Source of the DNA: a virus
IMG/VR virus record: IMGVR_UViG_3300032294_001887
Coordinates: 10,768 to 74,767 of that record
Reading direction: 5' to 3' (one strand)
DNA: 64,000 nucleotides
Of this stretch, positions 51,384 to 62,000 are shown piece after piece; within the stretch, counting starts at the first letter, position 1, and the number at the start of each line of letters is the position of its first letter. The notes under the pieces are model-generated. The model searched no databases. It worked only from the letters and a program-made list of their open reading frames with translations, and was not told the DNA's origin. A program made the translations under genes and the position numbers.

Positions 51384-54300
51384 TGAATTATAATCTATTA
51401 ATAACTGGAGATTGTCAAAGTAACGGTTCAGGCGCAATATCTCTTTCAATTAATGGTGGTAATGAACCATATATTGTCCAATGGACATTACTTACTACTC
51501 CTCCAACAAGTTTGGGGACAGATACAATAACATCTCTGTATCCATCAATAAGAACTTCATTAAGTTCCGGTAATTACCTAGCCACCGTTAGTGATAGTAC
51601 TGCACCTGTTCAACAAACTTTAAATATTAGTATACCTGTATCATCAGGAGTATGTGCTAGTATTCTTGGAGTCCAAGGGACAACCTGTTCTTTAGATAAT
51701 GGTTCGGTTACAGGAACCTCATCCTCAAATTTTTCAACTACACAATTTTATTTATATGATTCTAATGATAACGAAATCACGAATCAAAGTACTAATATAA
51801 ATGTCAATGATGTTATTTTTGGTACTTTAAGCGCCGGAACGTATTATATGAAAGTGGTTGATATTGGAGGTTGTACAGGATATAGTCAAAATTTCATTAT
51901 TGAAGACTCAACTCCTTTAGATTTTGGAATATATAATGTGCCAAATTCTTCTTGTGGAGGAACACCTATAGGTAAACTTTTTGTTACAGGAGTCACTGGG
52001 TCTCCCCCGTATAGTTATATTTGGTCTAATGGAGCGACAGGGTCTACGATAACTGGTCTAACTTCGGGAGCCTATTCGGTAACTGTTACGGATTCTTTAG
52101 GGTGTTCACAAACTAAAGGGGTAAATGTGGTTAATGTACCTCAAGTGGGTTTAGGTGCATTTACTGCAGTACCGCCAAGTTGTTTTGCCGCGGATGGGTC
52201 ATTGACCATTCAAATTACAGGAGGTACTGCACCATTCTACTATTCTGCGTCCACAGGAGAAGTATCAATTCAATATGGGACATCTTGGACTTTAAATGGA
52301 TTATCACCCGGGTTTTATTCTATCCAAGTTACAGATGCGGCACTGTGTTCATTTGTAGCAGGTACCACATTAATATCTCCTCAAGGAATGGTCTCCGTCA
52401 CTATTGATACGAGTGGGTCAACTTGTTCAAGTTCTGACGGGTCAATAAAAGTATCTGTGGTTGGAGGTGTTACACCATACACATATACTTTAATTTATCC
52501 TAATGGTAATACAAAAAACATTGGCGGAAATAATACGGTTCAAATATTCCCAAATTTAACGTCAGGGACTTATTCAGTCGCGGTTCAAGATTCTTCGTCT
52601 TGTTATTACATGGAAGAGGTTACTTTATTTGCAACAGATACTTACACAATCTCAACAAATACGACTGGAACAACTTGTAATTTAAACAATGGAATTGTCT
52701 CGGTAACAAGAACTAATGGTGGAGTATCACCATATAATTACTCTTTGGATGGAATTCAGAATGTTCCAAATACCGCGTTATCTGCGGTTACATTTTCAAA
52801 TGTTAGTTCAGGACAACATACCGTAACCGTTACGGATGCCGCGGGTTGTGTTCAAACCACTCAAGTTTATGTTAATCCAAGTAGTTCTTTAGATTTTAGT
52901 TTGTATAGTACATCTTGCGGAAATGGTTCTAATGGGATGATTAATGCTTTAATATCTTCAGGAACACCACCATTTACGTTTTATTGGTCAAATAATGTTA
53001 TTGGCAATCCTCAAGAAATTCAAGTTGAAGGATTAAGTGCCGGTACATATACTCTAAGAATAGTTGATGATATAGGATGTTCTTTAGAAAGGTCAACAAC
53101 TATAAATTGTGATAAACTCTATGTTTCCTACCAGAGATATCTTATGGGTGGGGAAAACTTTACAATAAATAGTCAAACCAAGTTTGGGTTAGTTCAAATG
53201 TTAAATGAAGGGTTTAAAGATTTGACAGTAGGACAAACCGGTTGCAATTTATTACAAAGTGTTTTTGATATAAAAATTTCAGTTAATCCATCAGGTTATA
53301 GTGTAAATGAAAGTTTCTTTACCGGTTATACATTAAACTCTGTACCTAGTGATAATTTATATATTAATACTCTTAGAGAAATGTTGTTAAATATTCCTGG
53401 AGTTGGAGGGGTAATTGTTAATGGAGATACTAACCAATTAACAATTAATACCATACCCGGAGATAATACATTAGTTGGTCAACAAATAATAGTTGAATTG
53501 GTTATAAATTATGATATTTTATGTAATTGTTCGCCACCTATTAATTTTGATATTACCGCTAATTGGAGTTTAGTTGGTGTGACAAATCAAGCAACATTCG
53601 TTGCATGGTTAACCTCCTTGGGGGCTACTTCTGTTAACGTTACCGCATTTGATTTAAATGGAGGTAAATTACAGGCAACTATTTCAGTTAATGGGATTAC
53701 AACATTAAATTTAAATAATTTAGGCGTAACTTTGGTTAACAAAGTAGGGGGATTAACAGGTTTAAATACTTTGGATTTATCAGACAATAATATCGTAACA
53801 TTTAATCCATCAATTGCGTTACCAACGACTTTACAAACTTTAGGTTTAAATGGTAATCAAATTGTAACATTTAATCCATCAATTGCGTTACCAACGACTT
53901 TACAAACTTTAGGTTTAAATGGTAATCAAATTGTAACATTTAATCCATCAATTGCGTTACCAACGACTTTACAAATTTTAGGTTTAAATGGTAATCAAAT
54001 TGTAACATTTAATCCATCAATTGCGTTACCAACGACTTTACAAATTTTAGGTTTAAATAGTAATCAAATTGTAACATTTAATCCATCAATTGCGTTACCA
54101 ACGAGCTTAGAGACATTAGATTTAGGGACCAACCAAATTGTGACATTTAATCCATCAATTGCATTACCAACGAGCTTACTACAATTATATTTAAATGATA
54201 ATCAAATTGTAACATTTAATCCATCAATTACGTTACCAACGAGCTTGCAACAATTATATTTAAATGGTAATCAAATTGTAACATTTAATCCATCAATTGC

Positions 54301-54778
54301 GTTACCAACGAACCTGCTAGAATTATTATTGTATAATAACCAAATTGTAACATTTAATCCATCAATTGCATTACCAACGAGCTTGCTAGCATTATATTTA
54401 AGTAATAACCAAATTGTAACATTTAATCCATCAATTGCATTACCAACGAACTTACTAGCATTATATATAGATAATAATCAAATTGTAACATTTAATCCAT
54501 CAATTGCATTACCAATAACCTTCAACTTATTAAGTTTACGAGGCAATCAAATTGTGGCATTTAATCCAACAATTCCGTTACCCAATAGTTTAGAGATTTT
54601 GGACTTAACAGGTAATCTCATGACAACCGCTGGTTATACTATTAGTGAAACATGGGCAAATGCTCAAACACCATTTACATCCGTTTGTGCTATTAGTTTT
54701 ACGGGGAATGTTAACTCTATAACCGGTACTAATTTAGAGTCTATTTTGATATCTAAAAATTGTTCAATTATCCCATAG
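51383..54778 (+). CDS. SprB-repeat fibre/adhesin with C-terminal leucine-rich-repeat domain
   Basis: about 7 units of C..GSI.V..GG..PY.Y.W..L.AG.Y.V.V.D..GC; then 12 full 23-aa LRRs LxxLxLxxNQIVTFNPSIALPTx; probable start ATG 51383. Confidence 0.82.
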   Translation: MNYNLLITGDCQSNGSGAISLSINGGNEPYIVQWTLLTTPPTSLGTDTITSLYPSIRTSLSSGNYLATVSDSTAPVQQTLNISIPVSSGVCASILGVQGTTCSLDNGSVTGTSSSNFSTTQFYLYDSNDNEITNQSTNINVNDVIFGTLSAGTYYMKVVDIGGCTGYSQNFIIEDSTPLDFGIYNVPNSSCGGTPIGKLFVTGVTGSPPYSYIWSNGATGSTITGLTSGAYSVTVTDSLGCSQTKGVNVVNVPQVGLGAFTAVPPSCFAADGSLTIQITGGTAPFYYSASTGEVSIQYGTSWTLNGLSPGFYSIQVTDAALCSFVAGTTLISPQGMVSVTIDTSGSTCSSSDGSIKVSVVGGVTPYTYTLIYPNGNTKNIGGNNTVQIFPNLTSGTYSVAVQDSSSCYYMEEVTLFATDTYTISTNTTGTTCNLNNGIVSVTRTNGGVSPYNYSLDGIQNVPNTALSAVTFSNVSSGQHTVTVTDAAGCVQTTQVYVNPSSSLDFSLYSTSCGNGSNGMINALISSGTPPFTFYWSNNVIGNPQEIQVEGLSAGTYTLRIVDDIGCSLERSTTINCDKLYVSYQRYLMGGENFTINSQTKFGLVQMLNEGFKDLTVGQTGCNLLQSVFDIKISVNPSGYSVNESFFTGYTLNSVPSDNLYINTLREMLLNIPGVGGVIVNGDTNQLTINTIPGDNTLVGQQIIVELVINYDILCNCSPPINFDITANWSLVGVTNQATFVAWLTSLGATSVNVTAFDLNGGKLQATISVNGITTLNLNNLGVTLVNKVGGLTGLNTLDLSDNNIVTFNPSIALPTTLQTLGLNGNQIVTFNPSIALPTTLQTLGLNGNQIVTFNPSIALPTTLQILGLNGNQIVTFNPSIALPTTLQILGLNSNQIVTFNPSIALPTSLETLDLGTNQIVTFNPSIALPTSLLQLYLNDNQIVTFNPSITLPTSLQQLYLNGNQIVTFNPSIALPTNLLELLLYNNQIVTFNPSIALPTSLLALYLSNNQIVTFNPSIALPTNLLALYIDNNQIVTFNPSIALPITFNLLSLRGNQIVAFNPTIPLPNSLEILDLTGNLMTTAGYTISETWANAQTPFTSVCAISFTGNVNSITGTNLESILISKNCSIIP
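53762..54589 (+). repeat. 69-bp tandem repeat x12 encoding LRRs
   Basis: constant core AATCAAATTGTAACATTTAATCCATCAATTGCRTTACCAACGA recurring every 69 nt with a 26-nt variable part. Confidence 0.95.
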
Positions 54779-54953
54779 GTTGTCAAATTACTAAAAGTTA
54801 GTTAACCTTTTTCAGTTGAGTAACATGAAATGTCAATAGGAATTTAAACAACGGACGAACGAGTTGATGTGATTAAGAGGTTCAAAATTATTAATGATGA
54901 TATTTATAATTTAAATACTCAGGAATCTTTAGTTCTTGGGCGAGTTATAGACA

Positions 54954-56048
54954 ATGGTACAAATACGAATAACAAATATTTCGGGCGGAACTTATCCAAT
55001 TGATGTTTTTATCTCAGATGTTTATGGGAATAATAAAAGTCATTTAACAACAATAACATCTGGTCCTGTACCGCCTGCGTTATTTTATACTACAACTATT
55101 CCTCAAATATTTGAGACGGCACCTGAAATATTGTTAACTTTAGTTGATGCTAACGGATGTGAATTATTTGAACTTATCCCATGTAGTAGCCCAACACCAA
55201 CTCCAACACCAACTGTTACACCAACTCCGGGACCAACTAGTACTCAAACTCCAACGCCAACTACAACACCAACTGCTACGCCTACTCCAACTCCGGGACC
55301 AACTAGTACTCAAACTCCAACACCAACTACAACACCAACTGCTACGCCTACTCCAACTCCGGGGCCAACTAGTACTCAAACTCCGACACCAACTACTACT
55401 CCAACCTCAACGCCTACACCAACTCCAACACAACCACTTTATTATGCTTATTTATTTGCGGAACCTCAAAACTTTAATGATGGATTGGTGATAGATGATT
55501 ATATGACCATTCAAAACTCGGCAACATGGGGAGGATATCAATTCTATGGTATACCAAGTAGTACAAATTACTCATCAAATCTTGATTTATATGCTCATTT
55601 CTCAGGATGGACTAGTGGTCTTGGTAATTACATAACGGCACCTCAATCGTTTGCTGGTTTAATTAGACAATCGTCTGGTTCAGGTACCGACACTTACGGA
55701 TGTTCTCAAAATCAATATACTTTTGGAACAATTCCGGTTTCAACGTCTCAAGTTAATACTAATATACAATATTACTATTCTATTTGGGTACCATTGGCAG
55801 GGGTTGGTGGTAGCATGACTAACATGACTGTGGATATTGGTTCGGGAGGACCATGTACCTTTAATATAATAAATGATGGTATTCCTGATAGTATTGCGGG
55901 AACTAATGTAAATGTAACTTCAGGTGGAGCAATACCTGCAGGTAATTATAGAGTACTTTGGTTAGGTTCTTTCGCGGTACAACCATCGGCAGTTCCTCCA
56001 CCACCATTATCTGTTACATTATACTTTAAAGGAGACACTAAAACTTAA
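54954..56048 (+). CDS. virion protein with Pro/Thr mucin-like stalk between two globular domains
   Basis: N-domain ending [15 protein letters not shown], about 80-aa PT tract, beta-rich C-domain. Confidence 0.78.
   Translation: MVQIRITNISGGTYPIDVFISDVYGNNKSHLTTITSGPVPPALFYTTTIPQIFETAPEILLTLVDANGCELFELIPCSSPTPTPTPTVTPTPGPTSTQTPTPTTTPTATPTPTPGPTSTQTPTPTTTPTATPTPTPGPTSTQTPTPTTTPTSTPTPTPTQPLYYAYLFAEPQNFNDGLVIDDYMTIQNSATWGGYQFYGIPSSTNYSSNLDLYAHFSGWTSGLGNYITAPQSFAGLIRQSSGSGTDTYGCSQNQYTFGTIPVSTSQVNTNIQYYYSIWVPLAGVGGSMTNMTVDIGSGGPCTFNIINDGIPDSIAGTNVNVTSGGAIPAGNYRVLWLGSFAVQPSAVPPPPLSVTLYFKGDTKT
55221..55418 (+). repeat. 66-bp tandem repeat x3 ([22 protein letters not shown])
   Basis: units begin at 55221, 55287, 55353. 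Confidence 0.9.
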
Positions 56049-56068
56049 AAATAAACAAAATATAGAAT

Positions 56069-59000
56069 ATGTCATTTCCATATAAAAATCCGATATCCGC
56101 AAGCCAAATTTCTGGAACGGAAAGTGCTTCAAGAACATCAACATTTGGTACTAACTTCTCAGTTCTCCAAACAGGGGGGTATATGGAAGTTTATGGTTTA
56201 TCTGATTTGAATTGGTCAACTTATGGGGCAACAGGTTCAATCCAAAATTCTGGTAATACAATACCAATTCAATTTACAGTTGCAGGTTCTTTTAGTGCGT
56301 TAACCCTTAACTCAGACAACATATCTTCAGGTAGACGAAGATTAGGTATGCAGGTTCATGTACAAGAAACTGATACGGTATACCAATATACTATACCAAA
56401 CTACAATACGTTATTTGCTGCACTAACAGGTTTAACTGGGTTATCCGCAATATCAGTTAGTGATTATTCAACAATCGTAAATACTCGTTCACAGGCTGGT
56501 AGAAATTTCATCAACGCTTGGACAGGTTCAACAATTGAAGGTGTTGGTGGTGTTAGTCGTAATGATGCAAGATGGAGAATAGTTTATGGAAGCGATGTTC
56601 AAATAACAGGAGGAACTTATTTTTCCGCAATTACAACTTTAGATTTATATAATAGTACGGGAGGGACAATCTCAATATCAGGATTTAATGGAACAGTTAC
56701 TGGTGGGACATATAATAGCGGGACATCAACAATAACTTTAAATAATAGTGATGGTAGTTTTGTTAATATAACAGGTATCACATCAAACGCCGGTACTCTT
56801 ACTGTTTATGATGCAACCTCAGGGGTGACGGTAACAAATGTCACAGGTATGACATTTTCAGGGGCTTCTGTAATTAATAACGGAGGTGGGAATGTCTTAA
56901 TTAATATTACCGGTGGAACAAGTGGTAGTTCGGGTTCTTCAGGAACAAGTGGTAGTAGTGGAACCTCAGGTATAAATGGTTCAAGTGGAACTTCAGGAAC
57001 AAGTGGTAGTAGTGGGACATCGGGTTCAAGTGGAACTAGTGGTTCTTCAGGAACTAGTGGTAGTAGTGGGACTTCGGGTTTAAGCGGAGCTTCAGGCACA
57101 AGTGGAACTTCAGGTAGTAGCGGTACGGGAGGTAGTTCAGGTTCAAGTGGTTCGTCAGGAACATCAGGCTCAAGTGGAACTAGTGGTAGTTCAGGAACAT
57201 CAGGTTCGTCAGGGACATCAGGAAGTTCAGGGAGTAGTGGAACCTCAGGTTCAAGCGGAACTAGTGGTTCTTCAGGGACTTCGGGTTCAAGTGGGACTAG
57301 CGGAACAGATGGTAGTTCAGGTACAAGCGGTAGTAGTGGTACATCAGGTTCTTCAGGAACATCGGGTAGTAGTGGTACCTCAGGTTCTTCAGGGACTAGT
57401 GGATTAACAGGAGCGTCAGGTACTAGCGGAACTTCAGGTTCTTCAGGAACTAGTGGTAGTAGTGGAATAAGTGGTTCTTCAGGAACTTCAGGTTCAAGTG
57501 GAACGAGCGGTTCAAGCGGAACAAGTGGTAGTAGTGGAACAGATGGTTCTTCAGGAACATCGGGTAGTAGTGGGACAAGTGGTTCTTCAGGTTCAAGTGG
57601 AACTAGCGGAACATCGGGTAGTAGTGGAACAAGTGGAACAGATGGTAGTAGTGGTACGAGTGGTAGTTCAGGCTCAAGTGGTACAAGTGGCTCGTCAGGG
57701 TCTTCAGGAACATCCGGCTCATCAGGAACTTCAGGTTCTAGCGGTAGTTCAGGTTCATCAGGGACTAGCGGTTCAAGCGGTTCATCAGGAAGTTCAGGAA
57801 CATCCGGTTCAAGTGGGTCTTCAGGGACAAGTGGATTAACAGGAGCGTCAGGTACTAGCGGAACATCAGGTTCAAGTGGAACAAGTGGTTCTTCAGGGAC
57901 TGGTGGAAGTAGTGGAACAAGTGGTTCATCGGGAACAAGCGGTAGTAGTGGTACATCAGGTTCTTCAGGAAGTAGTGGAACCTCAGGTTCGAGCGGTACG
58001 AGTGGCTCTTCAGGTAGTTCAGGTTCGAGCGGTACGAGTGGCTCTTCAGGTAGTTCAGGGACAAGCGGTAGTAGTGGTACATCAGGTTCAAGTGGAACAA
58101 GTGGTTCGTCAGGAACTAGCGGAACAGATGGTAGTTCAGGAACTAGTGGTAGTAGCGGAACTTCAGGTTCTTCAGGGACTAGTGGTAGTTCAGGTTCAAG
58201 TGGTACTAGCGGTTCATCAGGAACTTCAGGTTCAAGTGGGTCTTCAGGGTCTTCAGGAACCTCCGGCTCATCAGGAACTTCAGGGTCTTCGGGTACATCA
58301 GGAAGTAGTGGAAGTTCAGGAACATCCGGTTCTTCAGGTTCATCAGGAAGTTCGGGAACCAGTGGTAGTTCAGGTTCGTCAGGAACATCAGGTTCAAGCG
58401 GGTCTTCAGGAACTAGTGGATTAACAGGAGCGTCAGGAACTAGCGGAACTTCAGGTTCTTCAGGAACCAGTGGTAGTAGTGGTATAAGTGGTTCGTCAGG
58501 AACATCGGGCTCAAGTGGGACTAGCGGTTCATCAGGGAGTAGCGGTACGAGCGGTTCATCAGGAAGTAGTGGAAGTTCAGGAACAAGTGGAACTAGTGGT
58601 TCATCGGGAACAAGCGGTAGTTCAGGCTCAAGTGGTACTAGTGGTTCATCAGGTTCAAGTGGTTCGTCAGGAACTAGTGGTAGTTCAGGCTCAAGTGGAA
58701 CAAGTGGCAGTTCAGGTTCAAGTGGTTCGTCAGGAAGTTCAGGAACAAGCGGAAGTAGTGGAACTTCAGGAACCTCAGGTTCAAGCGGAACATCAGGTTC
58801 ATCAGGAAGTAGTGGGACATCAGGCTCAAGTGGAAGTAGTGGTTCAAGTGGAACTAGCGGTTCATCAGGAAGTAGTGGGACATCAGGCTCAAGTGGTTCA
58901 TCCGGGACATCAGGAACTAGTGGAAGTAGTGGTTCATCCGGAACATCAGGGACAAGTGGGTCGTCGGGAACATCAGGTTCTTCAGGAACTAGCGGTTCAT

Positions 59001-62000
59001 CAGGAAGTAGTGGGACAAGCGGTAGTTCAGGTTCATCAGGAACAAGTGGGTCGTCAGGAACATCAGGCTCTTCAGGTAGTTCAGGGTCTTCAGGGACTAG
59101 TGGTAGTTCAGGTTCGTCAGGAACATCAGGTAGTTCAGGTTCGTCAGGAACATCAGGTTCTTCAGGAAGTTCGGGAACTAGTGGTAGTTCAGGTTCTTCA
59201 GGAACATCAGGAACAAGTGGGTCGTCAGGAACCAGTGGATTAACAGGAGCGTCAGGCACTAGCGGAACTTCAGGTTCTTCAGGAACCAGTGGTAGTAGTG
59301 GTATAAGTGGTTCGTCAGGAACATCGGGCTCAAGTGGAACTAGCGGAACAGGATTTTCTGCGGTAACAAATCCTGCACTAACTAGAGTATTAACATCAGA
59401 CGGAACACCTAATGGTGCAATTGCCCAATCAGGATTAACTTACAATGGAACACAATTAACTGTTAGTGGTATAACATATACTAAAGGAATTACATCAGTT
59501 AGTGGAATAATATTTCCTCAACTTACAATCAATAGTACCTATGTTGTAACGGACGATGACTACATGGTTGATGTTACAGGTGGCACTTTCAATGTTCAAC
59601 TTCAAACTGCTGTTGGTAGAAAAGGTAGATTGATTGTAATTAAAAATAATGGTGGTGGTGCGGTAACCGTATTACCGTATTCAGGTGAAAATATTGACGA
59701 TAAAGCATTTGTTATATTAGGTGAAACGAATTCAATTCAATTAGCGAGTAATGGTTCAAACTGGGTTGCAATTTCTTATAATATTTCAACGGTTAACTCA
59801 TCAACAGGGGTGTTTGAGTTTTCGGGATTAAGTATCGCTTCTCCCACATCGTTCACTGTTGCACCGGTTAAAGGTTGGATTGTTGATGATAACACAAATC
59901 CTTTATCTCCGCAACTTTATTATCTTTCATATACAGGTGGGACATATAGTGCGACTTATGTTACGGCTACTACTGAAACTTGGATTTATATAACGAGTGG
60001 TGGAACAATTACACAATTGAACATTCCTCCAACGGAAACACAAAGAAGACAAAACATCTTCTTGGGTAAGTTGGGACATGCGAATAAAACAAGTATTATT
60101 AATGCGTTCAGTCAACCCGATTTTGTTCAATCACCATTGGCACAACTTCGTGATATGTTCACTCCAATTAACTTAATAAACGGAGGTATAAGTGCTTCAC
60201 CAAATGGTGCTAATTTAAGTTTCAATACAAGTGCAGAATATTTGTATGGATTAGGTATTAATTTTGCCGTTAACCCATTACAACCAGATGCATTATATGT
60301 TTCAGGTACCGCTCCGTGTACTTTCCAATATAGAACACAAACAGGTGGAACCGCAACAAACACAACAACAATTAACCCAACGGTTTATGATGTTAACGGT
60401 GTCGTTACGCCACTTTCAGGTACCAAAGCAACTAACCAAAGAATTTATTTGGTTCAAAATGGTGTGTTTAGAGTTCAATACGGACAAACCGAATATTCAA
60501 CATTGGCTCAAGCGGTTGCGGGTATTGCGACGGAACCATTTGTCGAATTTTCCAATTTCTCAACCAATGGTATTTTAATTGGTATTTTATCCGTAACAAG
60601 TAATGCTACTAATTTATCGGATACATCAAGAGCGTTATTTTTCAATGTGTCAAAATTTGGTGAAGGTGCAGGTGCTGCGGGTGGTACACCAACAACAAAT
60701 TTACAACAAGCATATAATAACTCCGTTCAACCTGAAATTATAACAAATTCAACATTAGGTCCATTATCACTTCAAGATGGTACAAATAATCTAAATAGTG
60801 GTGTTATTGAAGGTAGGAATTTTACTGGTGGTACTACTTTTAGTGTAAATGCTTCAGGTAGAACAACAACAACCTCATTATCAATAACAGGTATTACAAG
60901 TGGAACTAGCTTAACACGATTTGTTGTTGTTGATAATAGTGGAAATACTTTTTATCAAACAGCTGGTGCTAGTGGTTCGTCAGGTACTAGTGGAACTTCA
61001 GGTTCTTCAGGAACATCCGGCTCATCAGGAAGTAGTGGGACATCAGGCTCAAGTGGTTCGTCAGGAACTTCAGGTTCAAGTGGAACTAGCGGTTCATCAG
61101 GAAGTAGTGGAAGTAGCGGTTCATCAGGAAGTAGTGGAAGTTCAGGAACAAGTGGAACTAGTGGTTCATCGGGAACAAGCGGTAGTTCAGGAACTAGTGG
61201 TTCATCGGGTTCATCCGGAACTAGTGGCAGTTCAGGCTCAAGTGGAACAAGTGGTAGTTCAGGTTCAAGTGGTTCGTCAGGAAGTAGTGGGACATCAGGC
61301 TCAAGTGGTTCTTCAGGTTCATCAGGAACTAGTGGAAGTAGTGGTTCATCCGGAACATCAGGTTCATCCGGAACATCAGGTTCTTCGGGTACATCAGGAA
61401 GTAGTGGAAGTTCAGGAACATCAGGTTCAAGCGGAACAAGTGGTTCTTCAGGAAGTTCGGGGACTAGTGGTAGTTCAGGCTCTTCAGGAACAAGTGGCTC
61501 ATCGGGAACTAGTGGTAGTTCAGGTTCATCAGGAACAGCAGGAACAAGTGGTTCATCAGGAACATCGGGAACAAACGGAAGTAGTGGTTCATCAGGAACA
61601 TCAGGTTCTTCGGGCTCATCCGGAACAAGCGGAAGTAGTGGAAGTTCAGGTTCTTCGGGCTCATCCGGAACAAGCGGAAGTAGTGGAACTTCAGGAACAT
61701 CAGGTTCAAGTGGGACAAGCGGTTCATCAGGAACATCAGGTTCTTCAGGTTCTTCAGGTTCAAGTGGGACAAGCGGAACATCTCCTACAGGTTTAGTTGC
61801 GTCTAACTATGTTGCAAAAGGAGTCAAAGGAGGTTCTTCTCAAACTATAACAAATGGGTCTGACCAAGTCGTAACATTTGTTGATGAGTTTGACCCAAAT
61901 AATTGGATAACTTCAAATAAATTTCAACCAACAATAGCAGGTTATTATGACATTCAAGTCGCGGTATGGTGGGATGCTGGCTCAGTCACTAATAATCAAT

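Noticed and set aside
444-53787. Numerous 60-165 aa ORFs nested in or antisense to long genes (e.g. 444..641, 2236..2565, 11514..11996, 27160..27657)
   Set aside because: Fully overlap well-supported genes and have no recognisable motifs
53762-54589. CRISPR-like appearance (43-nt constant repeat + 26-nt variable spacer)
   Set aside because: Period is exactly 23 codons within an open frame; the spacers resemble each other and keep LxxLxL; no cas genes or leader
53762-54620. Diversity-generating retroelement target
   Set aside because: Differences between units are not confined to adenines, and no reverse transcriptase or separate template repeat is seen in the window
56806-59259. 817-aa and 204-aa (62161..62775) minus-strand Pro-x-x ORFs
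   Set aside because: Antisense shadows of the Gly-X-Ser tracts (GGN reads as Pro on the other strand); the plus frame has the real globular domains
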